This document shows positions 9,215 through 18,731 of a stretch of DNA of 64,000 nt, piece by piece. Made by a program: the position numbers and the translations under genes. Under the pieces are notes generated by a model, which was not told where the DNA came from, did no database searches, and saw only the letters and a program-made list of their open reading frames with translations. The DNA lies in assembly GCA_964357615.1 (NCBI GenBank), contig CAYHMC010000001.1:66602-130601 (forward strand), written 5' to 3'. The DNA is from an uncultured Candidatus Saccharibacteria bacterium (GTDB lineage Bacteria > Patescibacteriota > Minisyncoccia > UBA6257 > JACOXY01). Positions within the stretch are counted from its first letter, which is position 1. Each line of letters opens with the position of its first letter.

Positions 9215-9883
9215 TCAGTTTGTAACTTCTGGAATAAATAAATCATTCGGACTTGCAATTGGGTGCCAGAAACTCGCATAAACTATATTTATTGGAATTC
9301 GCTTTGCCATATTACCTATCATAGGAGATAAAATTTCTTCGTTATTTTTTCCATAAACTGTTGGTTCGTTAAAAATTTCTTTATTGGTTTTAAAGGGCCC
9401 ACAAACAGCTAGGGGATTTATAATGTCCATTGGTTTTTCAACTATACCAACCAAAAGCCCGTTATTTACTTCACAGTGCCCAAATTTACCAGGTTGATTC
9501 TCGATTTGTTTGACTAAAAGCGCATGCTCGTAGCTTAATAGTTTTTTAATATCTTCTTTTTTAAAAATGTCATCTGAAAACATTACTAGAAATTCATCGC
9601 GAATTATTGACTCAGCAAGTTTTACGGCATTAAAAGTTCCTTTCTGTTCTGTTTGTTCGATGTAGGTTATTTTACGACCAGCAAAAGTATTTCTTAGATA
9701 TTTTTTAATTTGCTCTCCTAAATATCCGACAATAACTATAACTTCGGTAACAGATTCTGGCAGAACTTCAAATGTATATTCAATCAACGCTTTACCATTT
9801 AATTTAACTAATGGTTTTGGAGTAGTAAGTGTAAGCGGTTGCATTCTTTCTCCTCGCCCTCCAGCCAAAATAATTGCTTGCAT
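9215..9883 (-). CDS. Sugar-phosphate nucleotidyltransferase (RmlA/GlmU N-terminal-domain-like)
   Basis: MQAIILAGGRGERMQPLTLTTPKPLV, the canonical NTP-transferase N-terminus. Confidence 0.8.
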   Translation of the reverse strand: MQAIILAGGRGERMQPLTLTTPKPLVKLNGKALIEYTFEVLPESVTEVIVIVGYLGEQIKKYLRNTFAGRKITYIEQTEQKGTFNAVKLAESIIRDEFLVMFSDDIFKKEDIKKLLSYEHALLVKQIENQPGKFGHCEVNNGLLVGIVEKPMDIINPLAVCGPFKTNKEIFNEPTVYGKNNEEILSPMIGNMAKRIPINIVYASFWHPIASPNDLFIPEVTN

Positions 9884-9891
9884 ATATTTTT

Positions 9892-11004
9892 TTAAGCACT
9901 AGTTTTTATAGATTCGATTATGGCAACTTCTAACGGAACCAAAGCAAAGGGGGAATACCGCATGTCGGTATATGCTCGAATTAGAGTTTTGATGAGTTTA
10001 ATAAAAAAATCTGGTGTATTTTTTGTTCCAATATTTTTGAGCGCTGTAATATCATCATTTGTTAAATCTGAACGGAATAATTCCTCTAAATCAGGATTCA
10101 TTTTAAGTGATAAAACACGCCTAAGATAATGAATTAAATCTTTTGTAAATTGCACCATATTTGTTCCGGAATCATTTAATTCATTTAGGAAAACTAATGC
10201 TTTGCTTAAATCTTTTAAAGCTAAGAGTTCAGAAAAATCTTTTAGTCTTTTAAAACCAACCCTTCCAATTGCTCGCTCTACCGTTTCGGAAGTAAGTTTT
10301 GGAGAATGCGAATGGACCTGCTCGAGCAATGATTCTGCATCACGAAGTCCACCATCCGATGCAACCGCAATAAGTTCAAGCGCATCTTCATCGAATTCGA
10401 TTTTTTCAGTTTTACAAATTGATTTAAGCTTTTGGACTATTGTTTGTCTATTTAATTTTTTAAATATAAATCTTTGAGTTCGTGATGTTATTGTGGCTGG
10501 CAATTTGTCGAATTCAGTTGTTGCAAGAATAAACATCACATGCTCGGGTGGTTCCTCAAGAGTTTTAAGTAGCGCATTAAAAGCTGGACCAGTTAACATA
10601 TGAACTTCATCAATGATAAATACTTTGCGAGCATACGACGCCGGAGCTGTTTGTGTTGCTTCTTTTAAATTTCGCATTTCATCTATACCACGATTTGAAG
10701 CGGCATCTATTTCTATAACGTCCAGTGCGCTTCCACTGTCTATTTCATTGCAAACGTGACATTTATTGCATGGCTCACCTTGACTATGAAATTTTTTGTC
10801 AGATGCCCTTAGTTCGCAGTTTACAATCTTTGCCACAAGACGGGCGGCAGTTGTTTTGCCCGTTCCTCTTGGACCAAAAAAAAGATAAGCGTGAGCAAAT
10901 TTATTTTGACGAGATGCATTTTGAAGAATTTGAACATTAATTTCTTGACCTAATAGATCAGAAAGTATTTTTGGGCGATATTTTCGATAAAGCGCGAGTG
11001 ACAT
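9892..11004 (-). CDS. dnaX: DNA polymerase III subunit gamma/tau (short form)
   Basis: HAYLFFGPRGTGKTT Walker A, a Zn module CNKCHVCNEIDSG, sensor motifs, and an N-terminal YRPK motif. Confidence 0.9.
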   Translation of the reverse strand: MSLALYRKYRPKILSDLLGQEINVQILQNASRQNKFAHAYLFFGPRGTGKTTAARLVAKIVNCELRASDKKFHSQGEPCNKCHVCNEIDSGSALDVIEIDAASNRGIDEMRNLKEATQTAPASYARKVFIIDEVHMLTGPAFNALLKTLEEPPEHVMFILATTEFDKLPATITSRTQRFIFKKLNRQTIVQKLKSICKTEKIEFDEDALELIAVASDGGLRDAESLLEQVHSHSPKLTSETVERAIGRVGFKRLKDFSELLALKDLSKALVFLNELNDSGTNMVQFTKDLIHYLRRVLSLKMNPDLEELFRSDLTNDDITALKNIGTKNTPDFFIKLIKTLIRAYTDMRYSPFALVPLEVAIIESIKTSA

Positions 11005-11117
11005 TTTTACTGTTAATTTAATATTTTTAACTCAAGTTTATAACCTAAGTATAATACTACAATTTTACTTAAGATACATTCCTTTCTTTTTTCGTCATAA
11101 TAATACATAATATTTTA

Positions 11118-12518
11118 ATGGATAAACGAACAATCTCTATAATTGGTTTGGTTGTCATATTTCTCGGAGCAATAATTTATTTTATTCCTGGTTCAAAAAT
11201 AGATCTTCAAACAAATTTAAGTGGAAAATCAGTCGCAAATTCAAACGCTTCACTTACTGATTCAGTCGATTCAGTTACGGATAGTATTTTAGCCGGTGCC
11301 CCAGAAGCTACTTCAAGCGATGTTATTGTTTCATCGGGCTCAGATTATAACGACATTGAACCGCAAAAGCCCTTACCAAATCCACCATCAGTAATTAAGG
11401 CAATTTATGCCACGAGTTGGTCAGCTGGTTCAGCGCGAAAGGTGGATTATTTAATTGATTTAATAAAAACAACAGAACTTAATGCCATAGTAATAGATTT
11501 AAAAGATTTTTCTGGCCATACTTTGTATGATAGCCAGCTTGAACTTGTAAAAAAATATAAAGCTAAAGATGTTCGAATTCCTAAAATTAATGCATTAATT
11601 AAAAAATTGCATGACGAAGGAATTTATGTGATAGGTAGACAGACTATTTTTCAAGATCCAGTTTTGGCAAAAGCTAGGCCAGATTTAGCAATTCAAAAAG
11701 ATATTTTAGATAAAACAGTTGAAATTCAAAACAGCACTTCAACTTCTGCTCAACAGGCGGTAACTAAAAGAGTGACTTGGTATGACAGCAAAGGTTTAGC
11801 TTGGATAGACCCAGGAGCTAAAGATGCTTGGGATTATAATATTGCAATTGCAAAAGAAGCTGTGTCGCGGGGTGTTGACGAAATAAACTTTGATTATATT
11901 AGATTTCCAACAGACGGGAAAATCAACGAAATGAAGTTTAGTCATTTCGATGCAAATAATATGCAGAAAGTTACGCAGATTAATAATTTTTTTAGATACC
12001 TAAAAGAAAATACAAATGGAATGAATACCTCGGCAGATCTTTTTGGTTTGGTAACAGTTAACAATGATGACTTAGGAATAGGACAAAACTTAAAATCAGC
12101 TGCGCCATATTTTTATGCAATTTCGCCGATGGTTTATCCATCACATTACGCCAAAGGATTTATTGGTTACAGTAACCCAGCCGAACACCCAGCCGAAGTA
12201 ATTACTTATTCTATGCAACAAGCTCTTAAAAAATTTATAACTGAAGAGATTTGTAATGATGAAGTTCTAGTTTCAACTTCAACAGATTCAATTGCTACTA
12301 CAACAAAAAAAGCATGTACCAAAAAAGAAGTTAAGTATATGGAAGCTAAACTTCGTCCGTGGTTACAAGATTTTAATTTGGGCGCACAATATGGAGTTGA
12401 AAAGGTAAGAGCTCAAATAAATGCAGTTGATAAAATATTGAAAAACACACCAGCTTATAATGGGTGGATGCTTTGGAACCCATCAAATGTTTACACCAAG
12501 GGTGCTCTAGAGTTATAA
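11118..12518 (+). CDS. Secreted TIM-barrel glycoside-hydrolase-like protein (GHL/DUF4015-like)
   Basis: Signal anchor with a Ser-rich linker. AIYATSWSAG...LNAIVIDLKDFSGH resembles putative glycosyl hydrolase-like families. Confidence 0.5.
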   Translation: MDKRTISIIGLVVIFLGAIIYFIPGSKIDLQTNLSGKSVANSNASLTDSVDSVTDSILAGAPEATSSDVIVSSGSDYNDIEPQKPLPNPPSVIKAIYATSWSAGSARKVDYLIDLIKTTELNAIVIDLKDFSGHTLYDSQLELVKKYKAKDVRIPKINALIKKLHDEGIYVIGRQTIFQDPVLAKARPDLAIQKDILDKTVEIQNSTSTSAQQAVTKRVTWYDSKGLAWIDPGAKDAWDYNIAIAKEAVSRGVDEINFDYIRFPTDGKINEMKFSHFDANNMQKVTQINNFFRYLKENTNGMNTSADLFGLVTVNNDDLGIGQNLKSAAPYFYAISPMVYPSHYAKGFIGYSNPAEHPAEVITYSMQQALKKFITEEICNDEVLVSTSTDSIATTTKKACTKKEVKYMEAKLRPWLQDFNLGAQYGVEKVRAQINAVDKILKNTPAYNGWMLWNPSNVYTKGALEL

Positions 12519-12542
12519 TAATTGAAATAAATTAAAATAAAT

Positions 12543-13799
12543 ATGTTTGCAAATCTTAGAGTTCGATGGAAAGTTGTAATTGGAATTATAGTTGAAATTA
12601 TTTTATTAGTCGGAGTTGGTTTCGGCGGTTTTTATGTTGGAACACTTTTTGCATCTGTTCAGCCACATACCATTACATTGTCCATGAATAATGTAACTGG
12701 AACTTCTACCACACCGGACTTCAATACATTTTGGCAAGCATGGGAAATTGTTAAAAAAGATGCACTTCACGGCAAAAATTTAACTGATAAAGATTTATTA
12801 TACGGTGCAATTAGAGGAGTTGTTGGATCGCTCAAAGACCCACACACGGTATTTATGCCTCCATCTGATGCAAAAAAGTTTTCAGATGAGATAAGAGGTA
12901 GTTTTGGTGGCGTGGGAATGGAAATTGGAAAGCGTGAAGGCAGGTTGCTCGTTATTTCTCCACTTAAAGATTCTCCAGCAGAAAAGGCAGGGTTAATGGC
13001 CAATGACTATATCATAAAGATTGGTGATATTTTTACTGAAGCATTAGATGTTGAGCAAGCGGTAGATTTAATTCGAGGTCCAAAAGGCACTCCTGTAAAG
13101 CTTGAGTATGTAAGATCTGGCTGGACAGAGCCGAAACAAATTTCAATTATTAGAGATACTATTGTTGTTCCAACGATCGAATATGTAAAGCTAGACAATA
13201 ATATTGCCCATATTAAGCTGTATAATTTTAATGAGAAGGCTGCGGATGGAATAATGGATGCGCTTCGGAGTGCAGAAAAAGATGGAGCAGAGCGTATAAT
13301 TTTAGATTTAAGAAATAATCCAGGAGGCTTTCTTGAAATATCAGTTCGTATTGCTGGGCTTTGGTTGCCTGAGGGGATGGTAGTTGTAAGTGAGGAATTT
13401 AGAGACGAAAGTAGCAATGAGAAATTTACATCGCCAGGAAATGGTGCGTTAAAAAATATTCCAACTGTTATTTTGATAAACGGTGGCTCCGCATCTGCAT
13501 CAGAAATTTTGGCTGGGGCACTTCGAGATAATCTTGGAATAAAATTAATTGGCACAAAAACTTTTGGCAAGGGGACTGTTCAAATATTAAAACAACTCAC
13601 GGATGGCTCAAATGTAAAGGTGACTGTTGCAAATTGGCTTTTACCCAAAGGAGAAACAATTGAAGGAAATGGCATAAAGCCCGACATTGAAGTTAAAATA
13701 ACCGAAGAACAAATTAAAAAAGAAATAGACCCGCAACTGAAACGCGCAATAGAAGAAGTTAATAAAATAAAACCAAATTTAACTATTGAAAAAATTTAA
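12543..13799 (+). CDS. ctpA: C-terminal processing (tail-specific) peptidase, S41 family with a PDZ domain
   Basis: PDZ segment GGVGMEIG...SPAEKAGL. S41 core ILDLRNNPGGFL. Includes the GSASASEI segment. Confidence 0.9.
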   Translation: MFANLRVRWKVVIGIIVEIILLVGVGFGGFYVGTLFASVQPHTITLSMNNVTGTSTTPDFNTFWQAWEIVKKDALHGKNLTDKDLLYGAIRGVVGSLKDPHTVFMPPSDAKKFSDEIRGSFGGVGMEIGKREGRLLVISPLKDSPAEKAGLMANDYIIKIGDIFTEALDVEQAVDLIRGPKGTPVKLEYVRSGWTEPKQISIIRDTIVVPTIEYVKLDNNIAHIKLYNFNEKAADGIMDALRSAEKDGAERIILDLRNNPGGFLEISVRIAGLWLPEGMVVVSEEFRDESSNEKFTSPGNGALKNIPTVILINGGSASASEILAGALRDNLGIKLIGTKTFGKGTVQILKQLTDGSNVKVTVANWLLPKGETIEGNGIKPDIEVKITEEQIKKEIDPQLKRAIEEVNKIKPNLTIEKI

Positions 13800-13801
13800 T
13801 A

Positions 13802-14242
13802 ATGGTTAAAGTTATATTAAAAAGAGACATTCCAAAACTTGGAAAAAAAAATGAAGTAAAAGAAGTTTCTGATGGCTATGCAAAGAATTTCTTAATCAAA
13901 AGGGGACTTGTAGAGTTTGCAACAATTGAAAAAATAAAAACACAGGAGTTAATTTCGAGTGCAGAAAGGACAAAACAGCAAGAAAAAAAATCTCAAGTTA
14001 CAATTCTAGCAAAAGAACTCAAAAATAAACTCATAATACTAAAAGTAAAAACTGGAAAAAAGGGTGAATTATTTGCCGCAATTGGCGAGAAAGAAATAGA
14101 AACTGAATTAAAAAAAGACGGAATAGTTGCTAAGGTAAACTTAGATCACAAATTAAAATCTACTGGTGAATATAATATTGAAATTGAGCTTGGTTTTGGA
14201 ATTAACTCAACGATTAAAGTTAAGCTAGAACCCCTTAGCTAA
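13802..14242 (+). CDS. rplI: 50S ribosomal protein L9
   Basis: MVKVILKRDIPKLGKKNEVKEVSDGYAKNFLI, the typical bL9 N-terminus. Confidence 0.9.
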   Translation: MVKVILKRDIPKLGKKNEVKEVSDGYAKNFLIKRGLVEFATIEKIKTQELISSAERTKQQEKKSQVTILAKELKNKLIILKVKTGKKGELFAAIGEKEIETELKKDGIVAKVNLDHKLKSTGEYNIEIELGFGINSTIKVKLEPLS

Positions 14243-14270
14243 AAGCATATATTGTATAATAATTGTATAT

Positions 14271-15497
14271 ATGAAAATCAAAAACTCTGGTTTCACACTT
14301 CTCGAACTGCTCATTGTTATTGGAATATTAGCAGTGCTTTCTACCGCAGCAGTTTTAGTTCTAAATCCCATAGAATTACTTAGACAAGCGAGGGATTCAA
14401 CTAGAATTTCAGATCTTCAAAATATTCATAAATCACTGGCTATATATCAAGCTAGTGTATCTTCTCCAAGTTTTGGAAATTCAAATACAATTTATATTTC
14501 TATTCCTGATTCGAGTGTCACTTGTAATAATGTTTCATCCACTCTTCCAACAGTGCCTCCCGGTTGGAGTTATAGTTGTGCGACAACTGCAAATTTTAGA
14601 AAAGTAAACGGAACTGGTTGGTTGCCAATTAATTATACAACGATGCCTCAGGGTTCATCATTTTCTATTTTGCCTATTGATCCAATAAATAGCGCCACAG
14701 CACAGCAATATTATGCTTATGTTCCGGGTGGTAGTTGGGTAATTACAGCTGCGCTTGAATCTCAAAAACTTTTAAATGGCGCAAAAACAGATCAGGGAGG
14801 CGATGACACAAGACTTGAGGTTGGTAATGATATTGAGCTTTGGACATCCGCATCTGGACTTGTTGGTTATTGGAAATTTGACGAAGGTTCTGGGTTAACT
14901 GCAATTGATAGTTCTGGTTTAGGGCATAATGGAGTTTTTAATGGAACGATAGCCGATTCGCATTCATCAACAAACTGTAAGCAAGGAGGTTGTATATTGC
15001 TTAGTGCATCTAGTTCGCAATATGTGCGTGTTCCAGGCGCCGCAAGTACAAGTATGGCAAATGGGCACACAATTGCCCTGTGGTTTAAGCCGTCGATTTT
15101 AGCTTTAAGTACGAATATACTAGTTAGCTCGCCTTCGTTGCCTTATATTTCAAATCATCTCTCACCATTTAAAACATATCACAGAGCTATAATAGGTGGA
15201 GTTCAAAACGCTGTACAGGGTCCGACTAACGCAACGGTTGGTACATGGGCTTTTCAGGTTGGAACATATGATGGCAGTAACTTGAGGGCCTATACAGATG
15301 GTGTTGCTGGTGCGCCCATGGCATTAAGCGGAGCAGATACTAGAGATATCCCTTCGTCTGATGTGCTGTGTATCGGAAGTTATGATTGTCGCACAACACC
15401 AACTTTTTTTACAAACGGTTCAATTGATGAAGTCCGTATTTATAACAGAGCCCTTACTGATACAGAGATTAAGGCATTATATAATTCGACTAAGTAG
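14271..15497 (+). CDS. Type IV pilin/pseudopilin-like protein (prepilin N-methylation motif GFTLLELLIV) with a C-terminal LamG/concanavalin-like domain
   Basis: Class III signal peptide. The C-terminal DEVRIYNRALTDTEIKALYN is a LamG hallmark. Confidence 0.8.
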   Translation: MKIKNSGFTLLELLIVIGILAVLSTAAVLVLNPIELLRQARDSTRISDLQNIHKSLAIYQASVSSPSFGNSNTIYISIPDSSVTCNNVSSTLPTVPPGWSYSCATTANFRKVNGTGWLPINYTTMPQGSSFSILPIDPINSATAQQYYAYVPGGSWVITAALESQKLLNGAKTDQGGDDTRLEVGNDIELWTSASGLVGYWKFDEGSGLTAIDSSGLGHNGVFNGTIADSHSSTNCKQGGCILLSASSSQYVRVPGAASTSMANGHTIALWFKPSILALSTNILVSSPSLPYISNHLSPFKTYHRAIIGGVQNAVQGPTNATVGTWAFQVGTYDGSNLRAYTDGVAGAPMALSGADTRDIPSSDVLCIGSYDCRTTPTFFTNGSIDEVRIYNRALTDTEIKALYNSTK

Positions 15498-15504
15498 TAT
15501 TTAA

Positions 15505-15533
15505 TAAAAAAGCCCTCATGGGGCTATTTTATA
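15505..15533. terminator. Bidirectional hairpin terminator (AGCCC-tcatg-GGGCT flanked by A- and T-runs) between the pilin gene and rpmA
   Basis: aaaaagccctcatggggctatttt. Confidence 0.6.
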
Positions 15534-15536
15534 GTT

Positions 15537-15824
15537 TTATTTTGTAACTTTTGCTACTACCTTTACAAATGTTTTCTTTATTTTATGACCGTCGAATCTA
15601 ATCTTAGATTTTTCGTAGTATTGAACTTTTCCGTGTTTTAGTGCGAGTAATGTGTCATCTCCAGCTCGTTTTACATTTAGCCCCGGTTCATAATGAGTAC
15701 CTCTTTGGCGAACAATAATCTCACCCGCGTTAGCGTGTGCACCATGATTAATTTTTATCCCAAGTCTTTTTGCGGCGGAATCTCTGCCCCATCTAGTAGA
15801 ACCGCCGGCTTTAGTATGTGCCAT
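15537..15824 (-). CDS. rpmA: 50S ribosomal protein L27
   Basis: [24 protein letters not shown]...IIVRQRGT, the bL27 signature. Confidence 0.9.
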   Translation of the reverse strand: MAHTKAGGSTRWGRDSAAKRLGIKINHGAHANAGEIIVRQRGTHYEPGLNVKRAGDDTLLALKHGKVQYYEKSKIRFDGHKIKKTFVKVVAKVTK

Positions 15825-15937
15825 AAATTAGTAAAATATTATAAATACTAGTATAGTATAAATTTTTAAAACATGCAATATCTGTTAATTACATTCAGTT
15901 TAAGGCTATGCGCTAATAAATAGGTATAAAAATTATA

Positions 15938-15995
15938 TTGACAAATCATAGTTAATTCTTTATAAGTAAATATAGAATATAATGCAATCAAGGAG
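15938..15995 (+). promoter_or_regulatory. Sigma70-like promoter TTGACA-17-TATAAG plus SD AAGGAG upstream of a TTG start
   Basis: ttgacaaatcatagttaattctttataag, and aaggag 6 nt before TTG at 16002. Confidence 0.5.
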
Positions 15996-16001
15996 TTTCT
16001 T

Positions 16002-16241
16002 TTGTCGATTAGCAAAAGTGATAGAAGGAAAATAAAGCGAAGTAAGACTATGGATGTTGTTCTTCATCTTAGTGAAGATTCAATAATTGGCCTTGATTTG
16101 GTTGCAAGAGACGACGAAGGTAGACGAATTATAAGTGATTTGATTAGTGGTAAAATATCTGGCTTGGGATATGATGCTGGAACGGTTATATATCCACATG
16201 CTGGTGGCCAAGGCTCCTATCATTTTAGTTTTCCAAAATAG
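16002..16241 (+). CDS. Hypothetical small protein (TTG start)
   Basis: 79-aa ORF with a good promoter and SD. Confidence 0.5.
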   Translation: MSISKSDRRKIKRSKTMDVVLHLSEDSIIGLDLVARDDEGRRIISDLISGKISGLGYDAGTVIYPHAGGQGSYHFSFPK

Positions 16242-16311
16242 TATAATTGCCCATCATTCGGGCATTTTTTATTACTTCAAAATATTTTAAATTAGAGTAT
16301 ACTTTTTAAAC

Positions 16312-16641
16312 ATGCCAAATAAATTGGAAAAAATAATTTTAATATTATTTTCGGTTTTTATAACTTTTTTGTCGTTATTTGTTCCACTTCTAGGCGATGA
16401 TTCTTGCAATCGTGGTGTTAGGGGTTTACCAATTTCATTTATCGAGGTGCAGGTTTTTTCTAGTAATGGCACGCCAGTAGCATGTTCTTCTATGAGCAAT
16501 GAACCAGTTTTATATTTACAAACACGATCTTTTTATGACAATACCGCCTCAACTAAGATTCGTTCCTTTGTTATAATCGTATTAGACACAATATTATGGT
16601 TTTATTTTTTTAAATTTATCTACAACAAATATGCCAAATAA
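16312..16641 (+). CDS. Possible small membrane protein. Its first 14 nt duplicate the start of the next gene.
   Basis: 109-aa ORF with an N-terminal TM. Weak support. Confidence 0.3.
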   Translation: MPNKLEKIILILFSVFITFLSLFVPLLGDDSCNRGVRGLPISFIEVQVFSSNGTPVACSSMSNEPVLYLQTRSFYDNTASTKIRSFVIIVLDTILWFYFFKFIYNKYAK

Positions 16642-17332
16642 ATTAGTTATTGATATAGAAACTGTAGGAGTAGATTTTGATTCACTTGATGAAACATCTC
16701 AAAAACAACTTGAGAATTATTTTGCTCGTAATAGCAAAGATGAGGAAGAAGCCGAAGAGCAAAAAGATAAACTTGGTTTTTGGCCACTTACGGGCGAAGT
16801 GATTGTTATTGGGTGCCTAAATCCTGATACTGGAAACGGAATTGTTTTTGCTAATTCTGGAAAAATTAAATTGCCTCGTGAAATTGAAGATGGAATTCAA
16901 GTTGAAACTGGAACTGAACGAGAAATATTGGAAAAGTTTTGGGAAACAGCAAAAAAATATAATACATTCATAACATTTAATGGCAGGGGAATGGACGCTC
17001 CATTTTTAATGATTCGCTCTGCAATCCACGGAATAAGACCAAGTAAAAATCTTTTAAAAAATAGATATTCGTCGTATCAGGATTTTGATGCGGTTCATTT
17101 AGATTTAGTAGACCAATTAACATTTTATGGTGCAATGCGAAAGACTTTCTCGTTGCATTTTTGGACTAGGGCTTTCGGTATAACTAGTCCAAAGGAAGCT
17201 GGTGTTTCTGGTGATGATGTAAAAAATTTATATAAGAATGGAAAAATTTTAGATATCGTTAAGTATAATGTTCGTGATATTAAGGCTACGGCAGAGCTAT
17301 ATAAGAGATGGGAAAAATATCTTAGTTTTTAA
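16631..17332 (+). CDS. DEDDy-type 3'-5' exonuclease (RNase H-like fold, PolB-exonuclease-like)
   Basis: Exo I LVIDIETVG, and a later YNVRDIKATAELY (YxxxD). Confidence 0.6.
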   Translation: MPNKLVIDIETVGVDFDSLDETSQKQLENYFARNSKDEEEAEEQKDKLGFWPLTGEVIVIGCLNPDTGNGIVFANSGKIKLPREIEDGIQVETGTEREILEKFWETAKKYNTFITFNGRGMDAPFLMIRSAIHGIRPSKNLLKNRYSSYQDFDAVHLDLVDQLTFYGAMRKTFSLHFWTRAFGITSPKEAGVSGDDVKNLYKNGKILDIVKYNVRDIKATAELYKRWEKYLSF

Positions 17333-17399
17333 CACTTTGAACTTTTATTTAGTTGTGATACCTTGAAGGTAGAAAATTTCGATATCCAAAGGAGGAAAA

Positions 17400-17714
17400 T
17401 TGACCGAATTTAAGGAGTATGTTTGTAGAAAAATCAGCGATGCATTATCAAGAATTATAGACGACGGAAAATTGGCGAGAAAAACTTTTAATAACAAAGG
17501 AATATTTATTTCAAATACAAACAGAGGTCCCTTTATTAAATTTATCGCAGATACTTTGTTGCACGACGGTGAATTTTTGGATAAAATTGATATGATTGAT
17601 TTAGAAAGAACTATCTTTGATGTGCTTTTAGAAACGCAGAGAAAAGCTAGTATGCAGGAAAGAGCGGCGGCAATTGCTAAGGCACTGACTGAAAAAAGAA
17701 ATTCCAGTTTATAA
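17400..17714 (+). CDS. Hypothetical protein
   Basis: 104-aa ORF followed by a strong terminator. Confidence 0.5.
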   Translation: MTEFKEYVCRKISDALSRIIDDGKLARKTFNNKGIFISNTNRGPFIKFIADTLLHDGEFLDKIDMIDLERTIFDVLLETQRKASMQERAAAIAKALTEKRNSSL

Positions 17715-17718
17715 TAAC

Positions 17719-17752
17719 GATCCTCCCTACTTAGGAGGTCGTTTTTGTTTTA
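17719..17752 (+). terminator. Rho-independent terminator GATCCTCCC-tactta-GGAGGTC plus a T-run
   Basis: gatcctccctacttaggaggtcgtttttgtttt. Confidence 0.7.
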
Positions 17753-17925
17753 GCTTTCGATAACTTATAAATTATTCGGATTAATTTTTTTAGTTGATAT
17801 AACGAGAGCTAAAACAATCCCGAACAATTTCTATTTTTATAAAGCGATGACCGAGCGGGAGTGAGGAAATGCTGAAGCCAGCAGGCTGAATGCACGAGGG
17901 ATAAATTCAATTTTCTTAAATAAAA

Positions 17926-17953
17926 AAACCACATTATTATGTGGATTTTTTTA
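17926..17953 (-). terminator. Bidirectional hairpin CCACAT-tatt-ATGTGG flanked by A- and T-runs
   Basis: aaaaaaaccacattattatgtggattttttt, immediately after the stop of the 17951-18640 gene. Confidence 0.6.
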
Positions 17954-18640
17954 GAGTGTTTTTTCTTTTAATACCAAAGAATGGTTTAAAACATCTATTC
18001 CGAGCGTTTCGTTGCTTCGTTTAAGCATTACTTCTATATGGCCAATAGATTTACCAGTATTATCTTCTACAGCTATAAGGCGAGTGTAATATGGCGCATC
18101 ATAGCAATCACCACTTTTTAGAATTTGCGCAGCTTCATAGGCCGTATTTACTCTGCGCTTATATTCGTCTTTAATATCTTCGAATACTCCACTAATTCCA
18201 ATTCCAGAATCTTTAAAGTCAACGGCTTTGCTTGTAAGCGCTTCTACTGTGCAAGCGTAGAGCCAATATCGTAATTCATCAGATTCTTCCCAGTCGCCAT
18301 TTGCAACTTTAATTTGTGGCACGCGTTGAATTAATCTTGTGATGGCATAATTTAATTCTCCCAAATACGCCCCTTCATAATTGTATCGCCTTGATACATC
18401 ATAAATTATTCTTGCTAGTTCAAAAGTAGGAGCATCAAATTTACGATTGGTGTCATTGTGGCTAACTAATTGAATAAGTCTAGTTCCAATTGTAGAAAAA
18501 ATTTTCTTATATATGACGATAAGCGAAAGATTTCTGGTGATTTGAGATGCTGCTTCAACTGCAACGGATTCAACTGCTAGGTCAAGAATTACACGATCGG
18601 TCGATTTGCCATCAGTCTTTATGCTTGGTACATACGGCAT
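17951..18640 (-). CDS. Hypothetical cytoplasmic protein (all-alpha, acidic)
   Basis: 229-aa ORF. I could not assign a family. Confidence 0.55.
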   Translation of the reverse strand: MPYVPSIKTDGKSTDRVILDLAVESVAVEAASQITRNLSLIVIYKKIFSTIGTRLIQLVSHNDTNRKFDAPTFELARIIYDVSRRYNYEGAYLGELNYAITRLIQRVPQIKVANGDWEESDELRYWLYACTVEALTSKAVDFKDSGIGISGVFEDIKDEYKRRVNTAYEAAQILKSGDCYDAPYYTRLIAVEDNTGKSIGHIEVMLKRSNETLGIDVLNHSLVLKEKTL

Positions 18641-18731
18641 TGTTATTTTTCCTTGATTTGAATCTCAAAAAGTCCTAAAGCAATAATATGTCAATATCCA
18701 AAAAAAACAAGCACTTGTATTCTTAAAATGA

